64,000 bases of DNA from Setoptus koraiensis (lineage: Eukaryota; Animalia; Arthropoda), in NCBI GenBank assembly GCA_048013815.1, contig CM106586.1:8432001-8496000 (forward strand), in the 5' to 3' direction. The notes beneath the pieces were generated by a model, which worked only from the letters and a program-made list of their open reading frames with translations, did not search any database and was not told where the DNA came from. Numbering within the stretch: position 1 is the stretch's first letter; each line of letters starts with the position of its first letter. Position numbers and translations under genes: made by a program. Shown here piece after piece: positions 35,101 through 46,600 of the stretch.

Positions 35101-36058
35101 TCATATTCTGCTGTTGTTGAGGTAAATTCTGAGGAATTTGTTGGGGTGGTGGAGTCTGATGAGTGGCCGTAGACAACGCTTGTTGTTGAGCAAGCTGAAT
35201 CGGTTGCTGTTGATGACTTAAAGGTTGAAATATTTGTTGTTGATTTGCCAAAACATGCTGATTTGATGTTGTAGGGGCCCGAGCGAGCTGTATTTGTTGA
35301 AGCTGCTGCGCCTGGTATCTTGGTTGTAGTCTCTGCTGGGATATAGTTTGGTGTGTCTGCATGGATGGCGTTGAGGCTTGCTGTGACAATGATTGGTGAA
35401 CCTGAAGTTGCGGTTGTCCTTGTCTAGATGCCTGTAATACTTGTTGTTGTGTTTGCTGTTGGTTTTGTTGCGGTGGTTGCGACGTTTGAACCGGCTGGAG
35501 CGTAAGAGACTGGTGCATGCCTGTATTTTGTTGCTGACTTGCTGTCCTAATCTGATTAGAGGCTTGTAATATTTGTGTTTGTTGAGCTTGGCCCACTGGC
35601 GGTTGAATCATTTGCGGTGTTGGTAATTGATGTGCTTGCTGTTGAATTATGAGAGGCTGAGGAGTGGTTGTTTGGGATAAATTTTGTTGTTGTTGGCTGT
35701 TTATGGAGAACCTGAGTTGTTGTTGCTCGTGTTGTTGAAGTTGTTGTATGGTTCTAACGCGCGTGGAAGCTGGAGTGGTCACTCCAATTTCATTATTGTG
35801 AGTCATTTGCTCAATTCTATAACCCTGTGGTAAGAAGGTATTAAAACCAACAATCAGATCTGGATGTCCCTGAAACAATCCTGAAACTCTTGTTATAACG
35901 CCTGGTGTATTTAATGATTGTGATTTGAATTCTTTCATTATGTCTAAAAATGAATTATAAACTGCTGGGCGATCAGAGAATTTCAATTTTACCTGATCTA
36001 GATAGGTTAAAGCATCTGCGACCTTTAACGGCTGCTGATTTTGATCTTCACCAGACAT
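32125..36058 (-). CDS. SIN3A: Paired amphipathic helix corepressor Sin3, join(36058-32911, 32810-32125), about 1277 aa
   Basis: PAH1 (LKVADALTYLDQVK...GHPDLIVGFNTFLP), PAH2 (FNHALNYVNKIKHRF), PAH3 ([22 protein letters not shown]), HDAC-interaction domain ([21 protein letters not shown]), Sin3 C-terminus ([25 protein letters not shown]). Splicing A|GTAAGT...TCTAG|AT restores LKPKNDIEVEDFFSVFLDMIK in frame. Confidence 0.96.
32811..32910 (-). other. 100-nt GT-AG intron in Sin3
   Basis: Donor AAGA|GTAAGT; CTAAC branch-like motif; pyrimidine tract TTTTCTGCTTTTATCTTCTCTGTTTCC; TAG acceptor; frame-preserving. Confidence 0.9.
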
Positions 36059-36761
36059 GTTTGCAGAGTAATAATATTTTTCTGTTAGTCTTATTATTGT
36101 TATTATTACTACTATTATTGATTGTTCTCGATTTTATGATTTGATTCTGGTCTCTATCGATTTATTATTGTTCATATTATGTTTATGGCGCTAGTGGCTG
36201 TTAGGTGGGTATGATCTTAATATCGATTGTTATAATCATATTGTTGTTATTAATAGTAATAATAATTATTTATAATAATAATAATAAGAGAAATGATATT
36301 GGTGATAGATTGGCAAAGTCCTGCATAAAGAATTTATCAATATTATAAGAGTTCCTACAATGGATAACATAAACATCAGACCAGGAGGGAAGAACTTGTG
36401 CTTTTCCCCTTAGCGCGACTTTCAAACCACTGAAGATTCTTCATGTGAAACTCACACCACGGATGTGCGGCACATGCGCAATGGATGCCTCTTGGTCTAA
36501 TCTTTTCTGAGAAAACTGAGACTTTCTGTTTGAGCGATTTTATCTGGTGGCTACGGCTAGGTTCGTGTACGAGCATCAAAAAGAAGCGGCTGCAAAATAA
36601 GCGGCCGAATATAAAAAGCTCCTTGTGAGCATGCGCCAATCTTTGAAAGGCGCCATGTTCAATTGTCTAAAAAAGCTGCGTTTCAAACGCACAGGCTACT
36701 AATGTATTGTGTGGTTATCACTGTGGTATGCGTGCTTGACAGTGTTGTTGGACAATCCAGC

Positions 36762-36766
36762 AAAAA
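36762..36766 (-). terminator. RNA polymerase III terminator (T5) of the tRNA gene
   Basis: TTTTT on the minus strand 6 nt after the discriminator base. Confidence 0.75.
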
Positions 36767-36772
36767 GTCAAT

Positions 36773-36843
36773 TGCATCGGCCGGGAATCGAACCCGGACC
36801 ACTTCATTGGAAGTGAAGTATTGTACCATTCAACTACCGATGC
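36773..36843 (-). tRNA. tRNA-Gly, anticodon TCC, 71 nt, no intron
   Basis: Full cloverleaf: acceptor GCATCGG/CCGATGC + A, D stem GTTG/CAAT, anticodon stem CTTCA/TGAAG with loop CTTCCAA, T arm CCGGG-TTCGATT-CCCGG. Confidence 0.93.
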
Positions 36844-39012
36844 TTGATCTGTCTGTGGTGTGTTGGTAAGCGAAACCATTAACGGTCACTTGGCCACATC
36901 TTTAATGTCCAAATCAGCTGGTCGGGCAAGGCAAACAGTTTCACTGGTTAGAAGATGTTTTTGGATGATGTTTTTTTCTTGATTAGATTTAATTAAGACT
37001 TGTGGTTATCAACTCAACCTTTTTTTGACTCGGAAGAAAATATCAGTCACTCTTAGGACAGTGCAGCTGCAGTTTATTGTAATATTTTTTATGAGATAAA
37101 GCAGCACTTATTCAACCTCTGCACAATTTCCGCTCGCCGGCTGACAAAGGCCAAACAATTGGTCTGAACGAACCACCTCAACATGTAGCTAGGGCCTCCA
37201 GGTAATCAAGACTAGAATGCGCGTTTAATTAACAAGATTTACCTGGGGAGTTTGGCCAATTTAAGCCAGACGCTAGTGGTACAAATTCAACTGTTGTAGA
37301 ACTAGTTGGACAAATTCATATCGGGCATAATTGATTTTGATATAAGTCAGAGGAAATTTAATATGTACAAATATGAACTTTTTATGTCAGGTTACCACAA
37401 ACATACTGGAACGGTTTTTAATTTGTTACGACATTTCAGTCTTAATCTTAACAAAAATCACTCAACACAATGCTTAACTGGTGAGATAAACTCAATAGAT
37501 TAATGGTCTTAGGTATGGCCACAAATCCTCTTATCGATGCGATGCCCGAGATGGGTGGTTACTCATGAGTATCTATGTACAATATATCCTATTCGATTAA
37601 TACATATATACATCCGTATATATTTCTAAACTCAATGAGACGTCTGTAGTCGCCTAAAGGACATGATGACCACTATTACAAACTCTCGAATATATATTAC
37701 AAAATATTTTTACTTTGCCACCGGCTTTGTATCACGTTTTGCAGTATTAAAATAGCCGGTAATCTTTGATCGTTATGTTCTAGACAGTATGAAATTGATA
37801 GTATCATCCCACATGTGAGAATGCCAAAAGTTATGAGGATTCTTGTACTTGGTTGTATATATATGTATATATTGAAAGTCAACTTAGGCTTCAGTTTCCT
37901 AATTATTGGTCAACGTTCAGCAACATCCGGTTGCTTAAGTTTTTTATAACTATGCAACATGGGATGAGATAATAACTGGCTCAAACCTTGATGAATTAGT
38001 TTCATCAAGGTAGGCTAGGTAGACTGTAAGAGATATTCCTATCCATGTTGTATTTGTATCAATGGTAAAGGTAAATAGTTATTGCAGTAAGTAGTACATC
38101 CGTCATTCGTGTAATACGTCGCATCCTACGATTGTAACATCACCTCTTCTGTATCAACAAATGTTATTGAAAAACAATTGTTTAGCTATCATTTTACTCA
38201 AACGAGATTGGCCATTAGTATTCACGATGGTTGTCGAGAACTTGTAAAGAGTTTTGATGGTACATTTTGATTTATAGGCTCCATCCGATCAATCTCTAGT
38301 GGTTTTTAGTAGCAATAGTAAACAAAATGTTCTTGCAAGAAGATAATAGGGTCACTTTAGTTGGTCCACTGGTAGATGCTAGATATACTCAGAAATTGGG
38401 GCGTAGAGCAATTTGAAAATACAAATTAGATATCTTTAAAATGGAATTTAGAATTAGTTTAGCACCGGATTGGTTAAAAATATGTTAGGCTTAAGCTTGA
38501 GACGTTTCGAATACCGAGAAAGAAATTTCGCTTCGAAGTAATTAAGCTAGCAACAGGCAAGAAAGGGTTTTGTCAAGTTTGGTATAGTATTCAATTTTTA
38601 TGATGATAGTTATACATTGATTGATTCGATAGCAATGATGTGACTGACATTCCATAGTTATTGATGATCCTACTTAGTTTTAAGAGTAGAAGACTAAGAT
38701 ATCGCAGAGTTTACAGTTTTTCTAAGTAGGTTAAGATAGGTACAATGAAAAAAATATAGTACTCATTGGGATGCTGGGGTTGATCTAGAGACAATTATTT
38801 GGGCATGATGAAAGAAGTTTAGAACTGTGAACTACAATTTTGTGATATTTCTGTTTACTTTTCTCTTGAATTGCACGACTTTTTGTCTTGATCAAAAACT
38901 ATTTGAATGATCTTCTCTTTGCAACCCGAAAATCGGGAACTAGTTCTATTTCTCCTTACAGAACACCGGAAGACTATTGCGGAATTACACCACTCACTCG
39001 AATCATTATCTC

Positions 39013-39150
39013 AATATATATATATATATATGTATATATACATGTAGATCTATAAATTTCATATGTGCACAAGTACACATATCGTTAATATATATATAAA
39101 TGTATATATACAATATATATATATATGTATATATACATCTATGTATATAA
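39013..39150. repeat. (TA)n-rich low-complexity tract
   Basis: Direct reading; downstream of the PCBP stop codon, possibly in its 3' UTR. Confidence 0.8.
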
Positions 39151-39490
39151 GTGTATGTTTATAGACTCACGGCGATATGTAACTGTATCTAATAAATGAT
39201 AAAGATTGCTACTCTATTCTGATACATCGTTGTGAATATTTTTGATATACCATGTTATTCTTATAAATTACTCTCACAAGTATCTTGAGATTTTTGCACT
39301 CAATTTGGAGTTGGTCCACAGAGGCAATCTAGTCATAATCTAACGTTAGTGAGACTATATTTGTAGCCATAGTCTTATATATTTTTTAAATTTGTGTTGA
39401 TAGTGAATCCATAACGATCACAACTGCAAATTGTTAGAACAAATAATATTTGCTGAAGCCAATAATTTGCATCACGTCACAAGGGCGGCT

Positions 39491-39581
39491 TTAGTATGGA
39501 GCAAACTTTCTAGCTGTCTTATTAGCTATGGCGGCCTTCGCGCCATTCTCTGCATACAAAGAGGCCTGGCCACCAGTTGCG
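39491..39581 (-). CDS. PCBP3: Terminal coding exon of the PCBP/mub-like gene (…SATGGQASLYAENGAKAAIANKTARKFAPY*)
   Basis: Phase-2 donor at 40861/40860 joins the acceptor TATATCAG|C in frame (91 nt = 1 + 30 codons); KFAPY end resembles the KFNPY end of Drosophila Mub as I recall it. Confidence 0.72.
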
Positions 39582-40860
39582 CTGATATAGTTTAGTTTTT
39601 GTTTGTTTTTACAATTGAAATTGTAGGTATTGTAGTAGTAGGGACGTTTTGGGAAGCATTCGGAGATTGTAAGTGTGAAGAACGAGTATTCGAGGCGATC
39701 ATTTAGGCGAGGATATGCAATTTGTTCAGTCAGCGTTGGATTACGTGTGGTGGTGGTAGTAGCGTTTGTGGGTATCATGATAGAAGACGGGTCGTATTTG
39801 GAGGTAGTCGAATTTTCAGCAATTAGTGCGATCGAGTGAAATCATCATTTGTTTTTTTTTAGTTGGATTCAATGATTAATGTGAATGGATTCAGTTCATG
39901 ATGATGATGGCGGTGAATGTGGTGTGATATAGAATAATTAAAGGTTCAATAATGGCGGAATAATATGTGTATGTTCGTATCGTTATTGTTGATTGAGATG
40001 TCGGAGGGTGAATTAGATGTGTATGGACGAATGAAGATATACATATATGTACAGAAATACATGAGTGTATATCAACATGTTATCAAGTTTAATGTTATAA
40101 ATCCGGATGTTGTTGTGTATGTCAGGGTTTATCGGCCATGTTGATACATGAGGATATAGTAGTTGCGTCAGAATTGATACATATCGGTGTGAGTGCGTTT
40201 AAGTATATTTGGTTCATGGTACAAATATATATATTTAGATATATATCGTGTTTGTTATATATAGCGAGCAGCAAGGGTGGCCATCAGTTGTGATTGTAGT
40301 CATTGAGAGTGGTGGTGGTGGTGATTGTGGTGGTAATGGTGGTGGTGGTATTTTTGTGGTGGTGGTGGTATTGTGGTAGCAGTGTGATAGTAGTGGTGGT
40401 CATCATTGTTTTTTTTTTGTTTGTTTGTAATAAAATAATAAATGATATACGTGAGTTGTATTAAAGAGAGACACACAAAAAGAAGGGATGTGATCAGGAG
40501 TAGAGGGTGATAAAAGTCAGGTAGTTAGGATATTGATGTTCTATAGGCTGATTAGATCTGAGAGGGTGATTGTTTGTTGTTTAGTTGTTTGCACAATATT
40601 GTCTGTTATGGAAAACAAGCCTTTGCCATACATTAGAGATGTATGAGATCGCAACAGCATAGTAATGAGCAGACAGATTATGAAGATCTTATGAATTTAT
40701 AATCTGTTCGATAAACAAATATAGATGTATTCTTTTAGAGATAAAAGCGAGATAGCGCAACTGAATTGTTTATGCCCTAGACAAAACTGTACTTAACAGT
40801 CAATTGTTGTGATATATGGTGTGCGTTTGTTGATGTGGCTGATATGAATAATGAACTTAC
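39582..40860 (-). other. 1279-nt last intron of the PCBP-like gene containing a 957-nt AG-free zone
   Basis: Donor GCTAG|GTAAGT; no CT dinucleotide on the + strand from 39584 to 40540; CTAAC/CTGAC plus pyrimidine tract at 40530-40463. Confidence 0.7.
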
Positions 40861-42362
40861 CTAGCGGTGATAAGATATTGAGCTAAGTTGATTGCTTCAG
40901 GTGTTCCATTAATTGTTACATTACGGTTTTTCGTGCCTTCTTCTGAATTTGAGATTTTTATAGTTGCACCTGATAATTGCCTAATTTCATTGATCTTAGA
41001 GCCTCCTTTGCCAATAACACAACCTATTAAGCCATTTGGAATGATCATCTCAGTGGTACTAAGCGCCTGGCTAGTTGCAACGGCTGCTGCTGCTGTTAGT
41101 GCCGCCGCTTGACCTGTTGTCGCATTGGCTGCCGCGGCCGCCCTGAGATTGGCCGCTGCCGGATTAAAAGCGACAGCAAGTGGATTGTTAGCTACAAATA
41201 CTCTATTAACCTCCGGATGGGGTTGCAATGTATATTGTCCAGGGATTTGGTAGGCTGCCGCTGCTGCGGCCGCTTGTCCAGCACTGGCGGCGGTAAATAT
41301 ATGTGTCATGACCGACTTGGGACGGTACGGTATGGTATATCCTTTTGGTGGCGATTCAACCATGATACTACATATTTGATAGGCGCATTTAGTTAATGAT
41401 TCAACATTTCCAGCAATAGTGACCGCCCTTTCCGTTGAGCCAGGTAACATCTCCGATGCAACCTGAATAGTGGCACCTGTGATTTCTCTGATCTCTTTAA
41501 TTTTAGCCCCTCCTCTTCCTATAAGTGAACCGCATTGGCTAGCTGGTATAATCAATCTTAACGTAACCAATGGCTTATTGTTGTTGTTGTTGTTATTATT
41601 ATTTATACTATTGATATTGTTGTTGTTTATTGTAGTTCCATTAGTAGTGATTAGAGTAGTAGGATGATTGTTGTTGCTGATTATCGTTGTTGAATTGTTG
41701 ATGTTATTATTATTGGATGATGTAATAATGCCTGTTGTGTGACTTTGTTGTGACGAGGCTATATTAGATAACAATCCAGAATTTGTATGATGCTGTTGTC
41801 CGACCAATTGTTGTTGCGTTGTGGCTGTCGTAATGGTGGCCGTTACGGAACTATTGTTAGAGACTAATATACTGTTGTTGTTGTTGTTGCCGATAATATT
41901 GTTATTATTTGTTTGTTGTTGTAGGCCCTCCTCGAATTTTCTGCATATCATTGAGAATGCCTTGAAGACCTCGTGCGCAGATCCCGTCAACGTTACTATT
42001 CGTTCTGGTACAGATCCGTCTGAAATGTTTATTTTAGCGCCGCTTTCCTCTCTGAATCTCTTGATATTATCACCCTTTTTGCCGATAATACTACCGACCT
42101 CTTTGCCCTGCATAAGTAGTCTAATGTTGAGAGAAAGTTGTTGATCATCCACAACCTTGTGCGTTGGCTGTTGCTGCAATATATTGTTGGTGGTGCTGTT
42201 GTTGTTGTTGTTGTTGTTGGTCTGGATGGCGGTTTGTTGGTTGGCGCCTAGGCTGTTGATGTTGTTGATGTTATTGTTGATGTTGTTGCTGATGTTGTTG
42301 TTGTTGGCCTGCTGCTGGCTGGCGGGTTGCAATTGAACTGCCGTTGCAGTTGTGGTGGCCAT
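40861..42362 (-). CDS. PCBP3: Poly(rC)-binding protein (PCBP/hnRNP E, Drosophila mub type), main coding exon with three KH domains
   Basis: KH1 LNIRLLMQGKEVGSIIGKKGDNIKRFREESGAKINIS; KH2 VTLRLIIPASQCGSLIGRGGAKIKEIRE; KH3 EMIIPNGLIGCVIGKGGSKINEIRQLSGATIKI; poly-N/Q inserts between domains. One-to-one paralog assignment is not possible from sequence alone. Confidence 0.95.
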
Positions 42363-42854
42363 TTTTGCACATTGAACAACACCAGCGCCAATGATGAGTG
42401 AGAGCGATTGCGATACGACAAATATTGTTCAATTGGCCGAATGCCTCAATGGGTCTCGACAGTGGTTATTGTATCGATCGTTGTGGGCCGTCTAAGGGAG
42501 CAAATCCTGTGGAATCGAGTCGTGTATCAAATCGGGTGTTGCGACGATTCTGTGATCAGATGTTTTGAGAGCGAGACGGTCGGCTAGCAGGGCGCCCCGA
42601 GCACACTGTTAATTGCACACAAGGCGACGCAACACAGCACGGCACACGCAATTAATTGGTGTTGACATGGATGACGATAATTATTATTATTGGTTGTTAT
42701 TATTATTATTATTTCTAGTTGTTGTTCAATCAGACGACAACGCTCGGCGTGTAAGTTGCTTGCTGTTGCTCTTGAGAGTGCTTACTAGTGCTGATAGTGT
42801 TAGTGCAGTGGGCAAAATAGCTAGACACATCGCTTTTCGTCCTCTCTCGCGCTG

Positions 42855-42861
<7 letters not shown>

Positions 42862-42894
<33 letters not shown>
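42862..42894. repeat. (CT)n microsatellite
   Basis: Direct reading. Confidence 0.9.
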
Positions 42895-42897
<3 letters not shown>

Positions 42898-43444
42898 CTC
42901 AGTCTATCTATCTCGCCAGATAGTTGTGTCTCTCTGAATATCTGGCTGCGTCTGGCTAATGTGTGTGTGCGTGTGTGTGTGTGTGTGTGTGTGCCGTGTC
43001 TAACAAGCTCGTCGTGTAAATGCAACAGTACAGCTGATGACTCTCTAATAGGGCGACAGAATTAAGTATGCGGACAAAAATATAAATACAAATATAAATA
43101 AGTGTGATGTGATAATAGTGATAATAATAGTAGCACGGCTAAGAATAATGGCGAATAGTAATAGCGATGATAATAACGTAATAGCAGCAGCAATATATCT
43201 GTTTGACAAGCGATCGAGCGTTTTGCTACCACTGCTATCCACTGTCTGTCTTCTTATCCTGCTTTTGCACTCACTCAGAGTGCACTTTGTCAGCCAGCCA
43301 GCCCAGCTTTCAATGGCCAACACTACTCAGGCCCGTCTCTGTGCCCGCTGTCTCACTGTGTGTGCGTTCCTGCTCCGAATAGCCGATGTTGGCCGCCGCG
43401 CGTCTTGCGCCGCCTCAAATCGGTCGTCGTCGCGCACAGAAATC

Positions 43445-43620
43445 TCTGTGCTGCCGCTGCTGCTGCTGTCGTTGTTGTTGTTGTTGCTGTTGCTGTTGTT
43501 GCTGTCGGTGTTGTTGTTGCTGTTGTTGCTGTCGGTGTTGTTGCTGTTGTGTTGCTCTTGCCGTTGTTGCCACTGCCACTGCCGCTGCTGCAGTTGTTGC
43601 TGCTGTTGTTGTTGTTGCGA
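43445..43620. repeat. Compound (GTT/GCT/GTC)n trinucleotide tract
   Basis: Direct reading; accounts for stop-free low-complexity ORFs in several frames. Confidence 0.9.
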
Positions 43621-46600
43621 TGGCACACAGCAGGACCGAACCGACAGTCAGCAGAGTGTGCGCAATTGAGGCAATTCGATGGCATTGACAACGTCGTCGC
43701 CTTGCACTTTGCAAACTCGATGCCCGTTGCTGTAACGCTGACTGGTCGCGCCCGGAGTGTGCGCACGCAAATCAACTGACAGCGCCATTACCTAACATCA
43801 TGCTAGTAACATCATGTTAGGCACTGGCCAACATGGGGCGCGTTTCGTCCGTCAGGGGCTCGCGCCGCTTTCAACATGTTACACGGCAGTTGTTGCACGC
43901 AGCAGTTGTTTAGTGTGTGTGTGCTATTCAGTAGTGTATCGACGACAGGCTTGGGCCAGTCTCATTGGGGCCTGCGGCCAACGGACAGCGCCTTGGTCGG
44001 GCGCAGGTGAGGTGCGATACTCGCTCGTCAGTTCACTGGCTCATTCGCAGCGACTGGCTGGCGACTGGCTGGCAGCTAGTTGCGCCTACACACTGTGTAG
44101 GCTCTACACTGCAGAGTGCGCTGGCCAGTGAATTAGCGAGAGCGCCCCCGAGCGTGGAAAGCGCGCACCTACTAGCAGTAGACTTACAAGTTAGTGGCGT
44201 GAGAGTCTCACGGTGAGACACGATGCAGCCCACGGGCCGCACTTGTCGCGGCACAATGTTCCCGCTGTGCCGCGCGCATGCACAAGCGGCGCACGGGAGT
44301 GGAGCTGGCCAGCGAGTCAGTCAACCAGCGAGCCAACGAGCCAACGAGCCAGTCAGCCCGTCAGCCCGTCAGCCAGCGAGCCAGCGATCCAACGAGAGCA
44401 TAGACTTACAGTGGCGGTTACATAACGAAGCAGGATGCTGGCAACGGCGCTCGTCACGGCCACGTTTGATGATGTGGCCAGCCGAGGCAACAGCAGCAGC
44501 AGCAGTGCATGTTGTTACGCAACTAGCGCCGGCACCCAACTGGCAACTGGCCGCCGCCGCCGCCGCCGCCGCAAGCGACCGGCTACCGGCGAGACTCGGG
44601 CTCGCAACTTGCGAGTCACAAGTGTAACAAGCGACTCTCACCCGATTATCCGGTCCGGCCGGCCGGCCGGCGAGCTGTGCGCAGCGTCGAGCCGGAGTGC
44701 AGTTTCCGTTTTAAAATAACTATGCCAATATCAGCGTCAGTTGGCCGGCCGTCTGGTCGCAAACTGTCTGACCGGCCGGACTAGTGGCGCTTGCAGTGGC
44801 GCTTGCAGTTGGCGCGGCATGCAACTGCAACTACAACTGCAAGTGCGTTTCCTTTCACCTTCTTCCTCGTTGATACGATTACATGCGCGCCGACGATCGC
44901 ATGACGATGATTCGTGGCCAAACCTGCCGCGCCATGTGTTACCCGCTCACCTGCCTTACCTGTGCTGCTCACCTGTGTTACCTATGCCGCTCGCCTGTGC
45001 TGCTTACCTGTGTTGCTGCTTGCCAACAGCTCGCCAGCTCGGCGGCTTGGCTTGGCGCCCGCGAGCCGCCGAGCCAAGCGAGCGAGCTAGCCTGCAGTGG
45101 GCTTATAAGTGGCGAGCCCGCTGTCTGCAGCTATTACGCACTTCAATAGACAACTTTTTGCTGGCTGGCTCGCCAATCAGCTCGCCGCCTCACCTGGCCG
45201 GCCCGAATCTCATGGTAATGGCCAGACACGGCATTATGTAGCAGCGCATTATGTAATGTATGTGTGCCAGTGCCAATGCTGCTGCCAGCACACATACATT
45301 ACATAACGCGCCACCATTACTGGCTGTCGTCGTCGGCGGCGGCGGCGCGATGCCTCGGCGGCTGCCACAATAGTCGCACTAATAGTCGTGTTGTCGGCTG
45401 GCAGCCTCTGCCGACATGTCATTGTGTGTGTGTGTGTGTGTGTGCGCTCATTGTTGTCGGTAATAATTGACAAGTGCACCACCGACAGCAACAACTTGGA
45501 CAGCATCGGCGCCGCCAACAACGACAACAACAACATCGACAGCGCCAGCAGCATCGATAGCGCCAGCAGCATCGACACCGACAACAACAGCGACAGCGAC
45601 AACAACAGCGATAGCGACAGCAACATCGACGCCGACAACCACCGCGCCAACGCGAATAAAAGTCACTGATTCATCAATTAGCGCCACCCAGTATCACGTA
45701 ATAATGTCGGCTCGGCCGCTAATAAGCAGCGCTGCTCGCAGCGCGGCCCCCATGCGCAACACACGGGCCCGATATACACTAATCCGATACAAACTTATCC
45801 GATATGAACTTATCCGCAGCGAGCTGCACCTCAACATGCAGCTCATAAACATACGGCACCGATGCGCAATTAATGGCCGCAACCAGCCAGCCAGTGGCTC
45901 GATGATGGGCCGGCCTCGGCGCCGGTGCGCCTGTCGGCACGGGCTAGCTTGGCCGGGATGCCAATACGACGCACACAAGTCGTTCAAATTATCCAATTAG
46001 CGCCCAGTCGCGCCCAGCGCCAAACTAGGGCCAACTTGCCAGAGGCAAACACATTGGCACCTCGGGCCGCCCGTGAGCCGACAGTGTCGGGCCGCCCGTG
46101 GCCGACAGCGTCGGGCCCTTCCGGCTGGCTGCTCGAGTGGGCGCCCGCACTCGCTCGCGGCGCCCAGCCCGACGGGCCGACCGACAGATAAGATCGAATG
46201 GGATCACGTTGGCCCGATCGTTGGCTTTATCTGGCTGGCAGCGGCCAGATATCGGGCGCCGGATAAATGGCGCGCGCGCGCCGGGCCACAAAGCCGCCAT
46301 TGTGGCGCTTGTTAGCCGGCTCTCGCTGGCGCTGCCGGCCGCCAGGCGAGCCGGCCAAAAGTGGGCCAGCGCTCTCAAGGTTAAGCGGCGTGTATTGGCA
46401 CGGTGACAACGGCGCAATTCGCTGGCAAGCTAGCTGGCTGGCTGGCTCACTAGAGCGCTCTTATCGCGCATCAGCGGCCGACCTGCTATTGAAATTTGCA
46501 ACTCGCTCTCGTATATCTGGCCGTGTGTGTGTGTGCAATAGATTAATAGACGGCTGCGAGCACCATCCATTATACGCAACAACAGCAACAACGACGCCAA

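Noticed and set aside
37000-39000. Possible decayed transposon between the tRNA and PCBP
   Set aside because: No transposase, reverse transcriptase or integrase motif, and no terminal repeats found; may be 3' UTR or intergenic DNA.
39582-39778. Upstream part of the 95-aa ORF 39491-39778 as coding
   Set aside because: Openness follows from the lack of AG (no TAG) and low G; only the last 91 nt fit the splice phase and the conserved C-terminus.
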